Below, piece after piece: positions 1 to 28,195 of a DNA stretch of 64,000 nucleotides; the stretch's first letter is position 1; the number at the start of each line of letters is the position of its first letter. The notes beneath the pieces were generated by a model. The model worked only from the letters and a program-made list of their open reading frames with translations. It did no database searches and was not told the origin of the DNA. The DNA lies in NCBI GenBank assembly GCA_951406725.2, contig OX597832.1:29946001-30010000 (forward strand), in the 5' to 3' direction. The stretch is from Octopus vulgaris (taxonomy: Eukaryota). The translations under genes were made by a program, and so were the position numbers.

Positions 1-191
1 CTACAATGACTTCGAAAGCACATGGTATCATTTGATTCCAATCTTCTATGGAAATATGTCCAGCCATGCAGAAATATTATGTTGCTTGTAAACAGGAGGA
101 GGTTGAAAAGACATCCAACGGTAAAAAAAAACAAAATTCTACCTCAGTGAATTCTGCCTGACCTATAATTAACTCTTTAACTGATAATTAA

Positions 192-408
192 CCCTTTCAT
201 TACTGTATTTATTTTGAGATGCTCCGTGTTTCTTTCAATTAATTTTAAATCTAACAAAGGATTTAGTAAAATAACTTAATTATCATTAAGTTAGTGTTAG
301 GAACATTAATTGTGACTAAGGTTTGGTGGAAGATTTTAATTCAAAACTTTATGAAAACAAGACATTTGTACTACAGAGCCGGTTTCAGCTGGGTTGGTAA
401 TGAAAGGG
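192..408. mobile_element. piggyBac-type MITE
   Basis: TTAA on both sides, TIR CCCTTTCATTAC. Inverted second copy at 30642-30860. Confidence 0.85.
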
Positions 409-430
409 TTAAACCTGTGTGTAAATATAT

Positions 431-985
431 CATCATCGTTTAACGTCTGCCTTCCATGCTGGCATGGGTTGGACGATTTTGACTGAGGGCTGGCAAACCA
501 GATGGCTGCACCAGGCTCCAATATTGATCTGGCAGAGTTTCTACAGCTGGATGCCCTTCCTCACGCCAACCACTCCGAGAGTGTAGTGGGTGCTTTTTAC
601 ATGCCATCGGCACGGGGCCAGTCAGGTGGTACTGGCAACGACCAAGCTCAAATCTTTTTACACATGCCACCGGCACAGGTGCCAGTAAGGTGACATTGGT
701 AACGATCACGCTCGAATGGTACCCTTTTACGTGTCACTGGTACGGAGCCAGTTGGCTGCTCTGGTAACGATCACGCTCAGATGGTGCTCTTGGCACCCTA
801 GTAGCACGGGCACAAGTGCCAGTAAGGCGACGCTGGTAACGATCACACTCAAATGGTACCCTTTTACGTGTCACTGGTACGGAGCCAGTTGGTTGCTCTG
901 GCAACGATCACGCTCGGATGGTGCTCTTGGCACCCTAGTAGCACAGGCACAAGTGCCAGTAAGGCGCCACTGGTAACGATCATAT
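431..985 (-). mobile_element. RTE-associated non-autonomous retroelement/SINE with (GAT)n tail and internal tandem units
   Basis: Shared catcatcgtttaacgtc...ctggatgcccttcc...ccaaccactcc sequence. Other copies at ~9890-10090, 10795-11065, 15150-16095, 31555-31698, 32043-32230, 34526-34925 and 36695-36980. Confidence 0.8.
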
Positions 986-1560
986 ATATTTAGAGAGTGA
1001 GAAAGAAAGAGGGGAGGTGAGTGGAGAAGAGAGATTCAACATAAACATAAATGATTTCTACAATTATTGCTTTTATTTTATTTTATTTTATTGCACACAA
1101 AAAAGGGGACTTTGAGATGTTTATGTTTTACCAAAAGCATTTAATACCAAATGAAACCCTTCAGGTTGGTGAATTGTAATTAAGGCTGATAGGTCTATGA
1201 GATGTTTATCTTTATCATGATATATATATACATACACATTTGTCACCCAAATATATACAAAATCTAACTGAAAGAAAGAAAAACTATTATGGAATATGAA
1301 ATGAAAGGTGGACCAAGCAATTGATAAAGATGTCCTGTGTGTACAAGGTTTCAGCAATTAGTCTAATGCTCAAGTGATGTGTAATCATATACATTTATAT
1401 ATGTGTGTGTGTGTGAGTGTGTCAGTAAGCCAATAGGTCATGAGTTGTAATATGTAGGTGTGAAATGAGGCACAAGCAGGGGCAGGTGGGTTGGTGATGG
1501 GACAAGTGGACGGGGGTCTTGGTAAAGTTCGCCAGAAGTGAAATAACACTCGATGCTTCC

Positions 1561-16459
<14,899 letters not shown>

Positions 16460-16611
16460 TGTCGGTCTGAAATAGAAAAGATGTACATACATAAATGTGT
16501 GTGTGTGTGTTACTTTCACTTTTGATAATGAAAGTAATGTTAGATCTGCATATTGTTAATTCAGTTCATCACAACATGATTTTATCTCATTAGATGACCA
16601 CCCCTGTTTAA

Positions 16612-17022
16612 TCTATAATATAAACTGGACAAGGGCAATCGTTGTATTCTTTCTTGTCTTGAGGTTCACAGCCAAACGGCTGGGTGGATTCACATGAAAA
16701 ATGGCACACATGTGGAGACGGGTGCATACAATAGAATGCGGTTTGTATTTTTTTCCTAACCCTCATACTTACTGAGAAAATCAATTAAAACTTTTTCTAA
16801 TAGAATTCCTTTCTTTCTTCTGCCATTAAAACAACTAGTTGCTTAGAAGCTGTTTTCTGACGGGGTGGGGGCCAGGACATTTTCATACAGCTGGAGGATC
16901 CAATTGAAACAGGGGACCCAAAATGATAAGGTTGACAAAAGCTGTTATAGATTACGCCTAACCGAAAACGATCACAGCCACCTCATCCAAACAGACCGGG
17001 TGAAACCAGGCTTAGCTGCTAG
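16612..17022 (+). mobile_element. Non-autonomous Helitron
   Basis: A|TCTATAATATAAA 5' end, subterminal hairpin CCGGGTGAAACCAGG, CTAG|T 3' end. Confidence 0.7.
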
Positions 17023-17298
17023 TAACTCTATAAATTTATGTTTGCATGTGGAACGACATTCTGAAACAGTATTTCAAATTTTTCAGAAATATTTTTGCGG
17101 CATTTGTTAACATTGTCTAAAAACACTTCCTCTGTGTTTTAACTTGAAATGATGATCAAACCGAACAAATAAAAATGGATAAATATACACTTCGTTTGCC
17201 TCTGCCATCTCCAAATGTATTTTATTTGCATCTGTGATTACTTTGCCAGCCGTAATAAAAAAATTTTTTAAAAAAAGGAACAATATGTTTATGTTATT

Positions 17299-17552
17299 TA
17301 TTTCTTTATTGCCCAAAAGGAACTAAACACTGAGGGGACAAACAAGGACAGGTAAAGGGATTAAGTCGATTACATCGACCCCAGTGCGTAACTGGTACTT
17401 AATTTATCGACCCCGAAAGGATGAAAGGCAAAGTCGACATCGGCGGAATTTGAACTCAGAACGTAACGGCAGATGAAATACCTATTTCTTTACTACCCAC
17501 AAGTTGTTAAACACAGAGAGGACAAACACGGACAGACAAACAGGCCTAAAGA
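17299..17552 (-). mobile_element. tRNA-derived SINE, truncated and with a duplicated 3' part
   Basis: Same family as 39584-39817. 20-bp TSD AACAATATGTTTATGTTATT. Confidence 0.8.
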
Positions 17553-18546
17553 AACAATATGTTTATGTTATTGAGTCGTCGCTGTTAAAAAAAAATGGTA
17601 AATTACGTATTTTATTTTGCTCGGTTATTCTGCAAAAAGAGACGTTTATTAAAACGAAAGAAACATGTTTATACAGCAAACGAGTTTCACTCGTTTACAA
17701 CCACAAAACCAGATCAACTTGGACAGGACTAGGGATTCTGGTCATTCCCAGCCAGTCTTCAGTAATTCTCACATGCTTCTCACTGCCCTTCTGATTTATG
17801 ATAATAATATGGGACTTGGGAAATATTAGGTTGCTATCTTTAGCAAGTCAAATGAGGGCACGAATGCTCACGTTAACTTTCATTTTCTCTTGGTCAACAG
17901 GCATTAAACAGACCTATGTTAAAGGCGTTCCACTAGGGACAACTTTGTTTTCTGTTACATAGCTATCTAGGACTACATTAACCAATGTCCTGTTATTTAC
18001 GACGGCAATATGTGATTTGGCAGCTATTTCTAGCAGATAAATCAACCGGGTAAAGGCACCGTAATGTAGTGATCATCCTCTTCACAGATTTACGCCACTA
18101 TTTCCCTCTTTTCTTTCAATGCATCATTTTCTAAGGCTCAAATTAATTTTCTTTTGCTATTCCAGATAACTGAGAGTGGGGAACTCCCAAATCCGGGGTA
18201 GATATACTAACGGGACCCTAGAAATGTTTTATATAGCGCGATGATGAGAAAAAAAGTTACAAAACAGACCTACCTTGTTCCCATTTTTAGTTTAAACTAT
18301 TTTCAATTTAATTACATTGTACGAACGTCTTTCATCACATTTTTTCCTTCGTTTATCAAATTTCACTCCTCGTGCGCAATTAAAGGATGTCCTTAATTAA
18401 TTGAACAACATCGCTTTTAGGATAAAAAAGAACCAAGGCCGACAACTTCAGATAAATTAATAATATTAGATTATTCTATGACATCAATAATATTAATGAT
18501 GATCATTATTGTTATTGTTGTTATAGGTAATTATCGATGAACTTAC

Positions 18547-18640
18547 CTCCGGAGTTTCTTGGGAGACGAACATCAAACGATGAACCATTGTGAAACGGGC
18601 TGCACCGGTGTCACACCAATATGTTAACACGTACAAAACA
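18547..18640 (-). promoter_or_regulatory. Candidate TGS1 first non-coding exon and promoter
   Basis: Strong minus-strand donor GAG|GTAAGT at 18547/18546 in unique, relatively CpG-rich sequence. Coding exon 1 has an acceptor that needs an upstream exon. The left end of the transcript is a guess. Confidence 0.4.
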
Positions 18641-18899
18641 AATCCGGTTTATTCTTCCGCCGAGGTCGACTTCGCCTTTCATCCTTTCGGGGTCGATAAA
18701 TTAAGTACCAGTTTCGCACTCGGGTCGATGTAATCGACTTGATCCCTTCGTCTGTCCTTGTTCTATTATTATTCCAGTTAACTGAGAGTGCGGAACTCCC
18801 AAATCCGGGGTATATACTAACATGACTCTAGAAATCCCTTTGTCTGTCCTTGTTTGTTCCCTCTATGTTTAACCCCTTGTGGGCAGTAAAGAAATATAC

Positions 18900-20470
18900 A
18901 TCGTTAGAAGAGCAATCATATTGCCGGACGGGGGAAGGCGTATGCCATGAGGGATTCTATGGAAACGGTTTTGCAACTGCTGAAATCTTGAGAACATAAG
19001 GCGTTGAAGAAAAGGCAGGGTGAGGAGTTTGTAGAAGACAAGTTGTAGGAATGTGTTGGTGAATGAATTTTTGAGAATTCGCTATAAACTAAAATGTTGG
19101 GATGCGATTTAGATTGTGTGTGTGTGTTGCAAACAGCACTGCCCGGGATATTGAAATGGAATTCCATTGTAGATTTTTTTTTATTTTGCACAAGACCCAC
19201 AAAGCTGTCGCTGCGACTGCTTTGAACTGAAATATTAACAGGGCTTGAATCGGCGGTTTTTGCTGTTATAAATGTGAGAGCACCATTAATTATGTGGCCA
19301 GGTGTTTATAGAGACTTTGAAGTATTTAAATTTTGCTTTGTTCAAAAACTAAAAGTGTTGGTGAAGTACAAGTTTGTTTCTTTGGATCTGAATACTGTGT
19401 TTTTGAATTGTTGGAAATTTCGTGTAATCATTGGAGATGATTATCAAGGTGTCTGTTCAAAAAGGCATTGGATCAGAAATGTAAACTTTGTGCATGGGCC
19501 TCCGAGAGAAATGGGACTTGGAGCTTCTCGCCATCAGAAATTCACGAAGTCCCTTGGATCTCCAAGCCAGAACTGATGTACTGACTGAATCCACCCAACT
19601 TTCACTCGCTCCGTGTGGTTGAGGGAAGGTTAAGTACGACGAGAAGTTTCGTCTGCAGAGAAGTGGGTTCTTGTCAGAAATGTTAGCAAGTTGGTAATGA
19701 ATATATCGCAGAGTATGACAGTCAGTAGTGGAAATTGGGGAATAGTTGAGTCGATACAGCTTTGTCTGCACAATCGATGCTCTTAGATGAGTAACGTTAA
19801 TAACCTGTTTCACATCTCAAACATAATCAAAGACTTTTAAAGGCGTCCCTTACAAGGACATTACTTGCATCGAACTTCTGAAGTGATGAAGGTAAATACC
19901 AGTTCGTAGTAATGAACGCAATAGTAGTAGTTCTGTAACAATGAGGTTGAGGCGACAATTGCAGAGTCGGTTGAACACATGTCGTGTAGCGGTTGTGGCT
20001 GCTATGCTGTGCCGGGTAACTTGGTACAGAAAGTTCTCGCAGGTTGAGCTTACTGTTAACCATGGTGACGTATTCACAAACAGTGAGAAGTTAAACCTGG
20101 GCGAATGTTGGCGTCGATAAGATGAAGGCAACGGAGATGGAGACGACGTTAAGATTGAAGGCAACGTTAAGATGAAGGCGACGTTGGTGGAGGTCCTGAA
20201 TATTGCTGGTTTTGTCTGTCGCTGGAACTGGCTGTGTGTTGCTGGAACATGGCTGAGAGCTCTGTGGTTAGTGGTGAGAACCAAAGACGAGATAGGGTGA
20301 ATCGCTGAAACTTTTACAGCAAATAGGAGGCTCCAGAAGAGAATTTAGAAGACTGTGTCGCGGGACCTTATCAGAAGGCTGCGATTGGTTGGGTCGCACA
20401 TTGGCACGAAATAAAGCAAAAGACAAACTGCACCAAAACCAACCAATCAGAGTAGTGGACACAACAGGGC
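18900..20470 (-). mobile_element. Probable decayed retroelement ORF, family unresolved (possibly a Penelope-like N-terminal region)
   Basis: Chain of broken minus-strand ORFs with strand-biased composition and no splice pattern. No diagnostic motif. Confidence 0.3.
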
Positions 20471-20574
20471 CCAAGCGGCCGAAGGTTAGCTGTTATCTGC
20501 TACGCCCGTATTTGTGTTATATATATCAGAGAGAGCGAAGGGGGGATGTATTTCACTAAGAGTACGCTACAAAT

Positions 20575-21365
20575 TTGATCAGTTAAAATGCTTCAATAGT
20601 CTTGACTATTAATTCTGCCATGAAGGGAAACCATTGGGCCGGCGGATTTCCAAGATACAGCTCCTCAGATCATCACAGATCTCCTCCATGTTTAACAGTT
20701 GGAAGAAGACAGTCTGGGTCAAATGCTTCTTTTGGCTCTCTCCACACGTATACTCGGCTGGTGGTCGGAAATAAGGTAAAGGATGATTCGTCCAAGAATA
20801 TAACATTCTTCCACTGCTCTAGGGACCAATTCTGTATGTGTTTACTCCCCTCTAAATGCTTTGCAATGTTTGTTTTTGAAAGTAGTGGGTTTTCTGATTG
20901 CAACCCTCCCATGAAATCCAGCTTTGTGCAGCTCCCGGCGAACAGTTTTTGTGGAAACTGAGTTCTCGAGGTGGTCATTAAGCTCTCCAGTAATTTTGGA
21001 ATCTGTACTTTTGTGATCCTTTCTAACAATTCGCATAAAAGTCCAGCGGTCCCTCTTCTTCTGGAGTTTTGTTTCGACGAGTAGGATTTTTTCCCCTTTC
21101 TCAAAGGCTGTCATTACTTTCGAGACAGTACTTCTTGATACACCAAACATTTCAGCTGTTTTCGTCACGCTATCGCCTGCCATACGAGCACCAACAATTT
21201 GACCTTTTTGAAAGTCCGATAGATCTGTCATTTTAATGAATTTTAATTACCTTTTTCTGATGATATCTGAGAAGAAACTCCAATTGTAGTAAAACGTATT
21301 AAGCAACACTAATAATAAATAAATAAAAAATTTAAATAAACCAGCTTTTGATGGTTTTATAGATA
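20575..21365 (-). mobile_element. Tc1-family transposon fragment with a frameshifted, 3'-truncated transposase
   Basis: MTDLSDFQKGQIVG...GVSRSTVSKV HTH, TVRRELHKAGFHGR, WKNVIFLDESSF and PTVKHGG. Confidence 0.92.
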
Positions 21366-22917
21366 TGTAAGGTCGGGTCACCAATTTGTAACGATTGAAA
21401 TTAATTTGTAAACAATAAAAGGGAACGTCGGAATCGTAATTAGTTTGTAAAGATTGGGTCTTCGTTGATTGCCATTATGTAAAGGGGATTAGTGGTGGGC
21501 AAGAGCGACGACGTTCCCGGGGACACTCTGGACGTAGGGAGGGATCAATTAAATGGCGTCTTCCGAGGGGGGGGGTCGGACGGCGGGCGGGGGGGCAATG
21601 GATAATATCCATAAATCCCTAGCTCGGCAGTATTACCAGGGAGTTCTACTTTGTCCAACTGTTGACCAACAACTGTTGGATGGATCCAGTTATCAGCCGA
21701 GTCCATCGAGAGGAAGTCCCCGCTACCTTCTTTTAACCGTGTAGAGAAGGGAAGGTAGTTTCCGTCTGTCTAGCGACTATGGCGAAAGAAGTAGTGTGAT
21801 GGACGAGGTTCAAAGGGCTGAAGACAAATATTAAGTAAGAATATTCAGCAATCCCTCGAATGTCGCGATTCGCTGGAATGTTTCCCACATGATCAACGAA
21901 TCTAACCAATCGCGACTACACCTGGAAAGAATATTACCCATATGATCAACAGAATCTGGTCAATCATGACTTCATCTGCAATAGGCTCCAGCGATCTTGT
22001 CAACTTTTGACGCCTTCCTTTCTGAGTCTCTCAATCGGTATAAAATGACACACACACACGCGACTGAGATCCAGAGACCTTTGTGATGTACTGGAGACGA
22101 CACGGCAGATGATGTGGAGAACAGACGCGGCTAACGGCCGTACCTAACTAACATCATCCTGACGAACTATCGGCGGCAACACAAGGACTAGCGGTTAACT
22201 TTTGCAATAACATCCAAATTCTCTCAACAGTCAGCTCCCATCATAAGCAGTCATATGCAACTCCTAGCATTTACCAAATCAGCTCAAATGACATCAACAT
22301 TTACAGCCACAGATATTTTCCTCTTCGAGTTCCATATGCAAAAAATAAAAATAAATATAAAGTGATGGAAGAGAGGGAAATGCTGTCCGTAAATATTTTT
22401 GTGTGAATGTGGCGAGGGTGGCCCATGTGAACATGGGGCCTACTCTGAACATGCGCTTATAAGCCGGAGGGGGTTGAGGAGAGAGAGAGGCACCTGCTGA
22501 AGTGTCTTTGGCGATCGGGGTGTTCTTGGAACCCGCTCCTATTTGGAGAATTTTATTTGCCTCAGTCATTTGACTGCAGCCATGCTGGAGCACCGCCTTT
22601 TAGTCTAACAAATCGACCCCTTTGTATGCCTAGTACTTATTCTATCGGTCTTTTTTGCCGAACCGCTACGTTACGGGAACGTAGACACGCCACCACACAC
22701 ACACTTCTTTCAGTTTCCGTCTACCTATAATAGAAGACACTTGCTCAAGGTGCGACGCAGTGGGACTGAACCCGGAACCATGTGGCTGGTAAGCAAACTA
22801 CTTACCACGCAGCCACTCCTGCGACTGTCGAATTTTTGTTAATTGTTCTTGTGCTAAGCCCCACTTATCCCTAGTTTTGTATTGTCTCTTTTCCTTTTGT
22901 GTGCGGCCCTAGACAAG

Positions 22918-22983
<66 letters not shown>
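22918..22983. repeat. (ATT)n microsatellite
   Basis: Direct reading. Confidence 0.97.
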
Positions 22984-22984
<1 letters not shown>

Positions 22985-24862
22985 TGACAAGATTTTTTTC
23001 ACTTTAAATTTGTAATTTGTGCCTTAGTCACAAATCATTAAGGTTCGTCCACTTCGGAAACTGAATTTTTTTGCTTTTTTAATGTTTTTAAACTCAATAA
23101 CGCAAAGCCATAAATTATTAGCTTAATTACTTAACCGTAACCACATTAAACAACGCACTGTTCAACTAACAAACGATGTTAAAAGATTAATTAGTAAATT
23201 ATTGACTGCCTTGTAAAGCAATATACTTCAAACTTTAATTAAAGATGTAATTAATTGCTTCCCAGAATGCCACACTACACAAGGACAGATAACCATTATT
23301 TTTCTTTCTTTGAATTTTCCGGAATTTTCTCTCAAATTCGGTAAAATATACTTTTTTCTCTTTCGTTTTTTCGCCTTTTCTAACTTTTTCATTACTTTGC
23401 ATTTATTTATTTAATTTCTCGATCATAGATCATTAAGTGGTATTTATTTATTTGCCAATATATTTCCTCTCATCGCACATATCAGAGGTTTATAATTAAT
23501 TTTTTAGTTTCATAGACGTTAGCCCTAATTGTTGTTGTTTGTCTTGATATGGTTAAAACAGCATAAAAGCACTTATCTGCTTAAAATACTTGGATATTTG
23601 CCACTAATTGTTGTTAATTATTTATGCTTCGCTAATTAGAGTCACCGATTGAGGTTATTTCATTTAAAACCGCATTTCTTTTCTTTCTCTCTGATATCAA
23701 ATATTGAATAGAATTAAAATAAATATTAAGACTGTATTTTATTTAATTAAATACAGATATTAATATAATTAAGAATAATAATGTTTTCGTGTGCCGCATC
23801 GTGAATCGAACCCGTATTCTATAAAACCTAATCCTGTCTGTCCATCATCAGCAAAAATAGAACAAGGGATGCTCATCGGTCTGTTAGAAATAGCAGCCAA
23901 ATCTACTGCATGTCTTTTACGTTTCTTTCAAAAAGAAGGACTCATTGGATTAACACAATCCAAAATAAACTGATCGATGGTCACAGTTGGGTTGTCTTGA
24001 ATCATGAGTCCACTGGACTAGGATTGACCCGGGGGCTAAAAACAATAACAACTCGATATAAAACTATGACTGTTGCCAACTTTTATGAATCAACACTGAC
24101 ACAATCGCAAAACTCTAACCATAGTTCTGGGATTGTGTCAATGTTTCTTCGTAAAAGTTGGCAGCAAGTCATTTCTAGAATCGTTCCTGTTACCCTGTCG
24201 ATGATCTCAATTTAAAAGATGGACCAAAGCCAATGCTTCACCTGATTCCTGTTAACGTGCCTTCTAAATGTCTCGAATATATTTTTACTTCAGGTTTGTC
24301 GTTGTTTAGGCCCAGGTCAGCTCTCATCCTGCTGACCTATGATCGAAGATCTTCCTCTCATGACCGCCTCGTCTCATTTTCATTGATAGTGTATCTGGTT
24401 TCGTTTCATGTAATATACCCTTCCTTAAAACACCAGCGTGAAATTTCAGGGGAATTTGGCAGCTATTTTTAGCAATTGAAGCGACCACATAGAGGCTCTC
24501 TCGTTGGCTGGAGCGTTGTGATTCGTCCATCGTTTCCATGGTGACTGTTTTTGTTTATGTCAAAATGAAATGGTTATGGTTTCTCATTTAAAGACCGCCG
24601 CTTCGTTCGCTTGTTTCTGCCAGAACTCTTTAATGGAAGATCTTCCCCATATCTGTTGCAGTATTTGATCTGATAAAGCTACTTATAGTAATGAGAGATT
24701 AACAACGTTCTGCTCTACCATTTATTTACCGCAGTTATTATATATGGCATCAGGTGAACTATAACGTCGTTAGATTCACTGCATTCTTGGCTGAGAGTGA
24801 GAAGGGAGTGAGTGTTTGTAACTCGGTAGACTTAGCTCAAAGAACACCAATAAATATAAATA

Positions 24863-25070
24863 CAGGGTGCGGCAGAAATACGTCCCACATTTTAAACTTT
24901 CACCCGTGTGTTGCTAATGAACTTATGCAGGTGCCAATGATGTTTTCATTTCGCTAATGAACAAAAAAACTGTGACCCTTTGTTTAAACAACAGTAAAAT
25001 TAATTTTTCATAATTTTCTGTTTCCTTTTGTCTACTTTTCAAATGTGGGAGGTATTTCTGCCGCACCCTG
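24863..25070. mobile_element. mariner-type MITE
   Basis: About 30-bp near-perfect TIRs CAGGGTGCGGCAGAAATACSTCCCACATTT with TA TSD. Confidence 0.92.
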
Positions 25071-25544
25071 TACATATGTATGTGTGTGTGTTTGCTTGTT
25101 TTACATCTGTTTTTTTCATGCTTGCATGGGTTAGATAGAAATGTTATTAAACCATTTGTTTTGCAGCCGGTTGCCCTTCCTGATGCTAACCCTTATTTGT
25201 TTTCCTACAGAGAGATCTCTTATTCCACACAACTTCAAATGCAAGTTTGATAGAAGTTTCAGCCACAACTAACCTTGAATATTGCAAATGTCAAACAACC
25301 ATGTTTGTTTATATATATGATGAGCTTTTCAGCTTCCATCTACTGAATTCACTCTCCAAATCACATAGTTTGGAAGCGAAATTAACCACACAGCCTTGCT
25401 TGTGCATGTGTGTGTATGCACAGGCATGGTTGTATAGTTGAGAAGTTTGCTCCCTAACCACATGGTTTCAGGTTATATATATATATATATATATTAATAT
25501 TTCTAAGTCTCTCTAAAGGAGACTATGGCAGTGTGTGTGTGTGT

Positions 25545-25790
25545 GTGCGTAACAAGAAAAGAAAATCCAGGTGTGGAAGCAAAACGTAGACTCAAAGGGT
25601 CTTAAGGTTAAATTAGCTAAGATCAAGGTTCTAGTAAGCAAGAAAACAGTCAGGACCCTACCCCTATCAGATAAATGGTTCTGTTTCCTACATATCAATG
25701 TAGGAAAGATGTATTCCATATGGTATACCCAGTGGAAGTTATGGATACAGAAGAGGCTTTCCAGGATGGAAGCTGGATGTTAGATGATGA
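25545..25790 (+). mobile_element. RTE-like LINE remnant
   Basis: WKQNVDSKGLKVKLAKIKVLV resembles the end of an RT domain. Confidence 0.6.
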
Positions 25791-26723
25791 TGATATGTAT
25801 GTGTGTGTGAGTGTGCGTGTATGTGTGTGTATGTGTTTGTGTGTGTGTGTGTGTGTATGTATATATATATATGTGTGTGTGTGTGTATATATATTTATAT
25901 ATATAAAGGGAATTATGTATGTCTGTCCTTTGCCAGAAATCCAGGACCCTGTCGTAGTGAAGAGAATTTCTTAATCCACACAGTGCTACAGAAATCAAGA
26001 ATTAATCAAATTTCTGAATATCTCTGAGGATTATCAAGAAAACCATTTATATTTGATATTATGACTCTGATGTATTATTGGACTAACATGCAACATTATG
26101 GCATTAAGCCCGACTTTTCCTTAATCCCTAACGCTTTACCTTTAAGTAGTTATTTCCCTTTGTTCAGCCTTTCTTAGGCTGTGTTACAACCTCCTTGTTA
26201 CACACACACACACAGATGCACTCAGCCTGTATAGAACTGTATAGAACATACCTTATTTAGCAAGGCTCTGATCACCTATCCTTTATAGTCATTTATTGAC
26301 ATGACGTGCCTGACACTAAACTATCATCAAATATTTGCTTCCTGTCTGTTCCAAATATAACAATTGATCTTTTCCTATTGACAAGTGGTTCTGTTGGTCT
26401 TGTTTCTCCGTATTGGATTAATCGTTACATAAAATTAATAATTACACACAGGATGACTAAGTGACATTCTTTACATACTTGAGGCCGGTGGTGACAAATG
26501 ATATCTTTTAATTAAGAGTCGGTTTATTTAAAGTGTACAACTCATTTCATATTGGCCTCGTTATTGGTTTCTCAGCTGAAACATAGTCACAACCCTTTAA
26601 CCCTACAATATCAACGTTCGTAAGTATTGGTGTTGAGAAACTTATTAAAATTTTAGCATTTGCAAAGTTAAAATTGCTGCTGAGATGATAAGACAAAACA
26701 ATGAGATGTTATATATTTATATG

Positions 26724-26984
26724 TGGAGGCGCGTGGCTTAGTGGTTAGGGTGTCAGCATCATGATTGTAAGATTGTGGTTTCGATTCCTGGACCGGGTGA
26801 TGTGTTGTTTTCTTGAACAAAACACCTCATTTCACGTTGCTCCAGTCCACTCAACTGGCAAAAATGAGTAACGCTGCGATGGACTGGCGTCCAGTCCAGC
26901 AGAGGAACACATACGTCATTGAAACCGGGAAACCGGGCCCATGAGCCTGGCTAGGCTTTAAAAGGGCGCATTTATTATTTTATT
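26724..26984 (+). mobile_element. tRNA-derived SINE
   Basis: A box TGGCTTAGTGG, B-box-like GGTTTCGATTCC, 15-bp TSD TTATATATTTATATG. Partial copy at 33600-33810. Confidence 0.85.
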
Positions 26985-27163
26985 TTATATATTTATATGC
27001 AGTTAAGTTTATGACCGGTCACAGAACTCTATGTCCTTCAGCTGTAGCGTCTGACAAATTGTCCACGGGGCTAAGCCATTCATGGATGCAAAACCATTGG
27101 TCACTCTATGACTGAATATAGACTTAACTGCCTATAAATACACCACTGCTCTAAGCTTTAGAG

Positions 27164-27412
27164 CAGTGATTCCCAAACCTTTTCAGGCTACCCCCCCCTT
27201 GATACCCAGGCCACATTCCTGGCACCCCCACCCCAACTGACCATCACAGCCATTCAAAGCAACTGTATTTCACAAGTAGAACTTTACCTAATGAATCCAT
27301 TATTTTATTGTTTTTACATGAATAGCTACCCCATTATCACCCCACTTCTTCAATGCCCCCTTGGAACTCTCCATCCCCAGGGAGACAGTACTGCCCACTT
27401 TGGGAACCACTG
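27164..27412. mobile_element. hAT-type MITE
   Basis: TIR CAGTGATTCCCAAA / TTTGGGAACCACTG, 8-bp TSD matching at 6 of 8 positions. Confidence 0.8.
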
Positions 27413-27651
27413 TTTTAGTGAGTGCTTCTCTGTCGGCTATATGATACACTGGTGATAAATATGTATATGTATATATATATATAGCTGAAACTAGAAAAAT
27501 CAAAATCAAAATCATATACCAAAAATTAATTTGCGAATGTGTCATTAATTCTATTATTATCCAATGTAACTATTTTAAAAATGATAATAACAGAATCAAT
27601 GACACAGGCGATAGCAGGCCAAAAAATAGCATTAAATAGCCAAGGGATTAA

Positions 27652-27783
27652 AATTAATCAAAAGACATACTAGGTATGTCTACCTGCTAGAAATAACAGT
27701 CAAAACTCTTATTGGCGATTTAATAAGAGTTTTGACTGTTATTTCAAGCAGGTAGACATGCTTAGTATGTCCTTTGATTAATT
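27652..27783. repeat. Inverted repeat (~60-bp arms)
   Basis: aattaatcaaaagacatac...aaaactcttatt / aataagagtttt...gtatgtcctttgattaatt. Confidence 0.9.
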
Positions 27784-27798
27784 ATAATATATATACAT

Positions 27799-28195
27799 AG
27801 GTGCAGGAGTGGCTGTGTGGTAAGTAGCTTGCTAACCAGCCACATGGTTCTGGGTTCAGTCCCACTGCGTGGCATCTTGGGCAAGTGTCTTTCTTCTGCT
27901 ATAGCCTCGGGCCGACCAAAGCCTTGTGAGTGGATTTGGTAGACGGAAACTGAAAGAAACCTGTCGTATATATATATTTATATATGTATGTGTGTCTGTG
28001 TTTGTCCCTCTAGCATTGCTTGACAACCGATGCTGGTGTGTTTATGTCCCCGTCATTTAGCGGTTCGGCTAAAGAGACCGATAGAATAAGTACTGGGCTT
28101 ACAAAGAATAAGTCCTGGGGTTGATTTGCTCGACTAAAGGTGGTGCTCCAGCATGGCCGCAGTCAAATGATTGAAACAAGTAAAAGAGTAAAGAG
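27799..28195 (+). mobile_element. Full-length tRNA-derived SINE (CORE-like) with internal microsatellite and (GTAAAAGA) tail
   Basis: A/B-box head. Minus copies at ~22555-22822, 45790-46228, 48135-48540, 48565-48870 and 53600-53985. Confidence 0.85.

Noticed and set aside
21256-21282. CTGATGA...GAAAC in the Tc1 leader
   Set aside because: No stem II or stem I pairing.
26724-26800. tRNA-like sequence
   Set aside because: Head of a SINE with body, tail and TSD; no intact cloverleaf.
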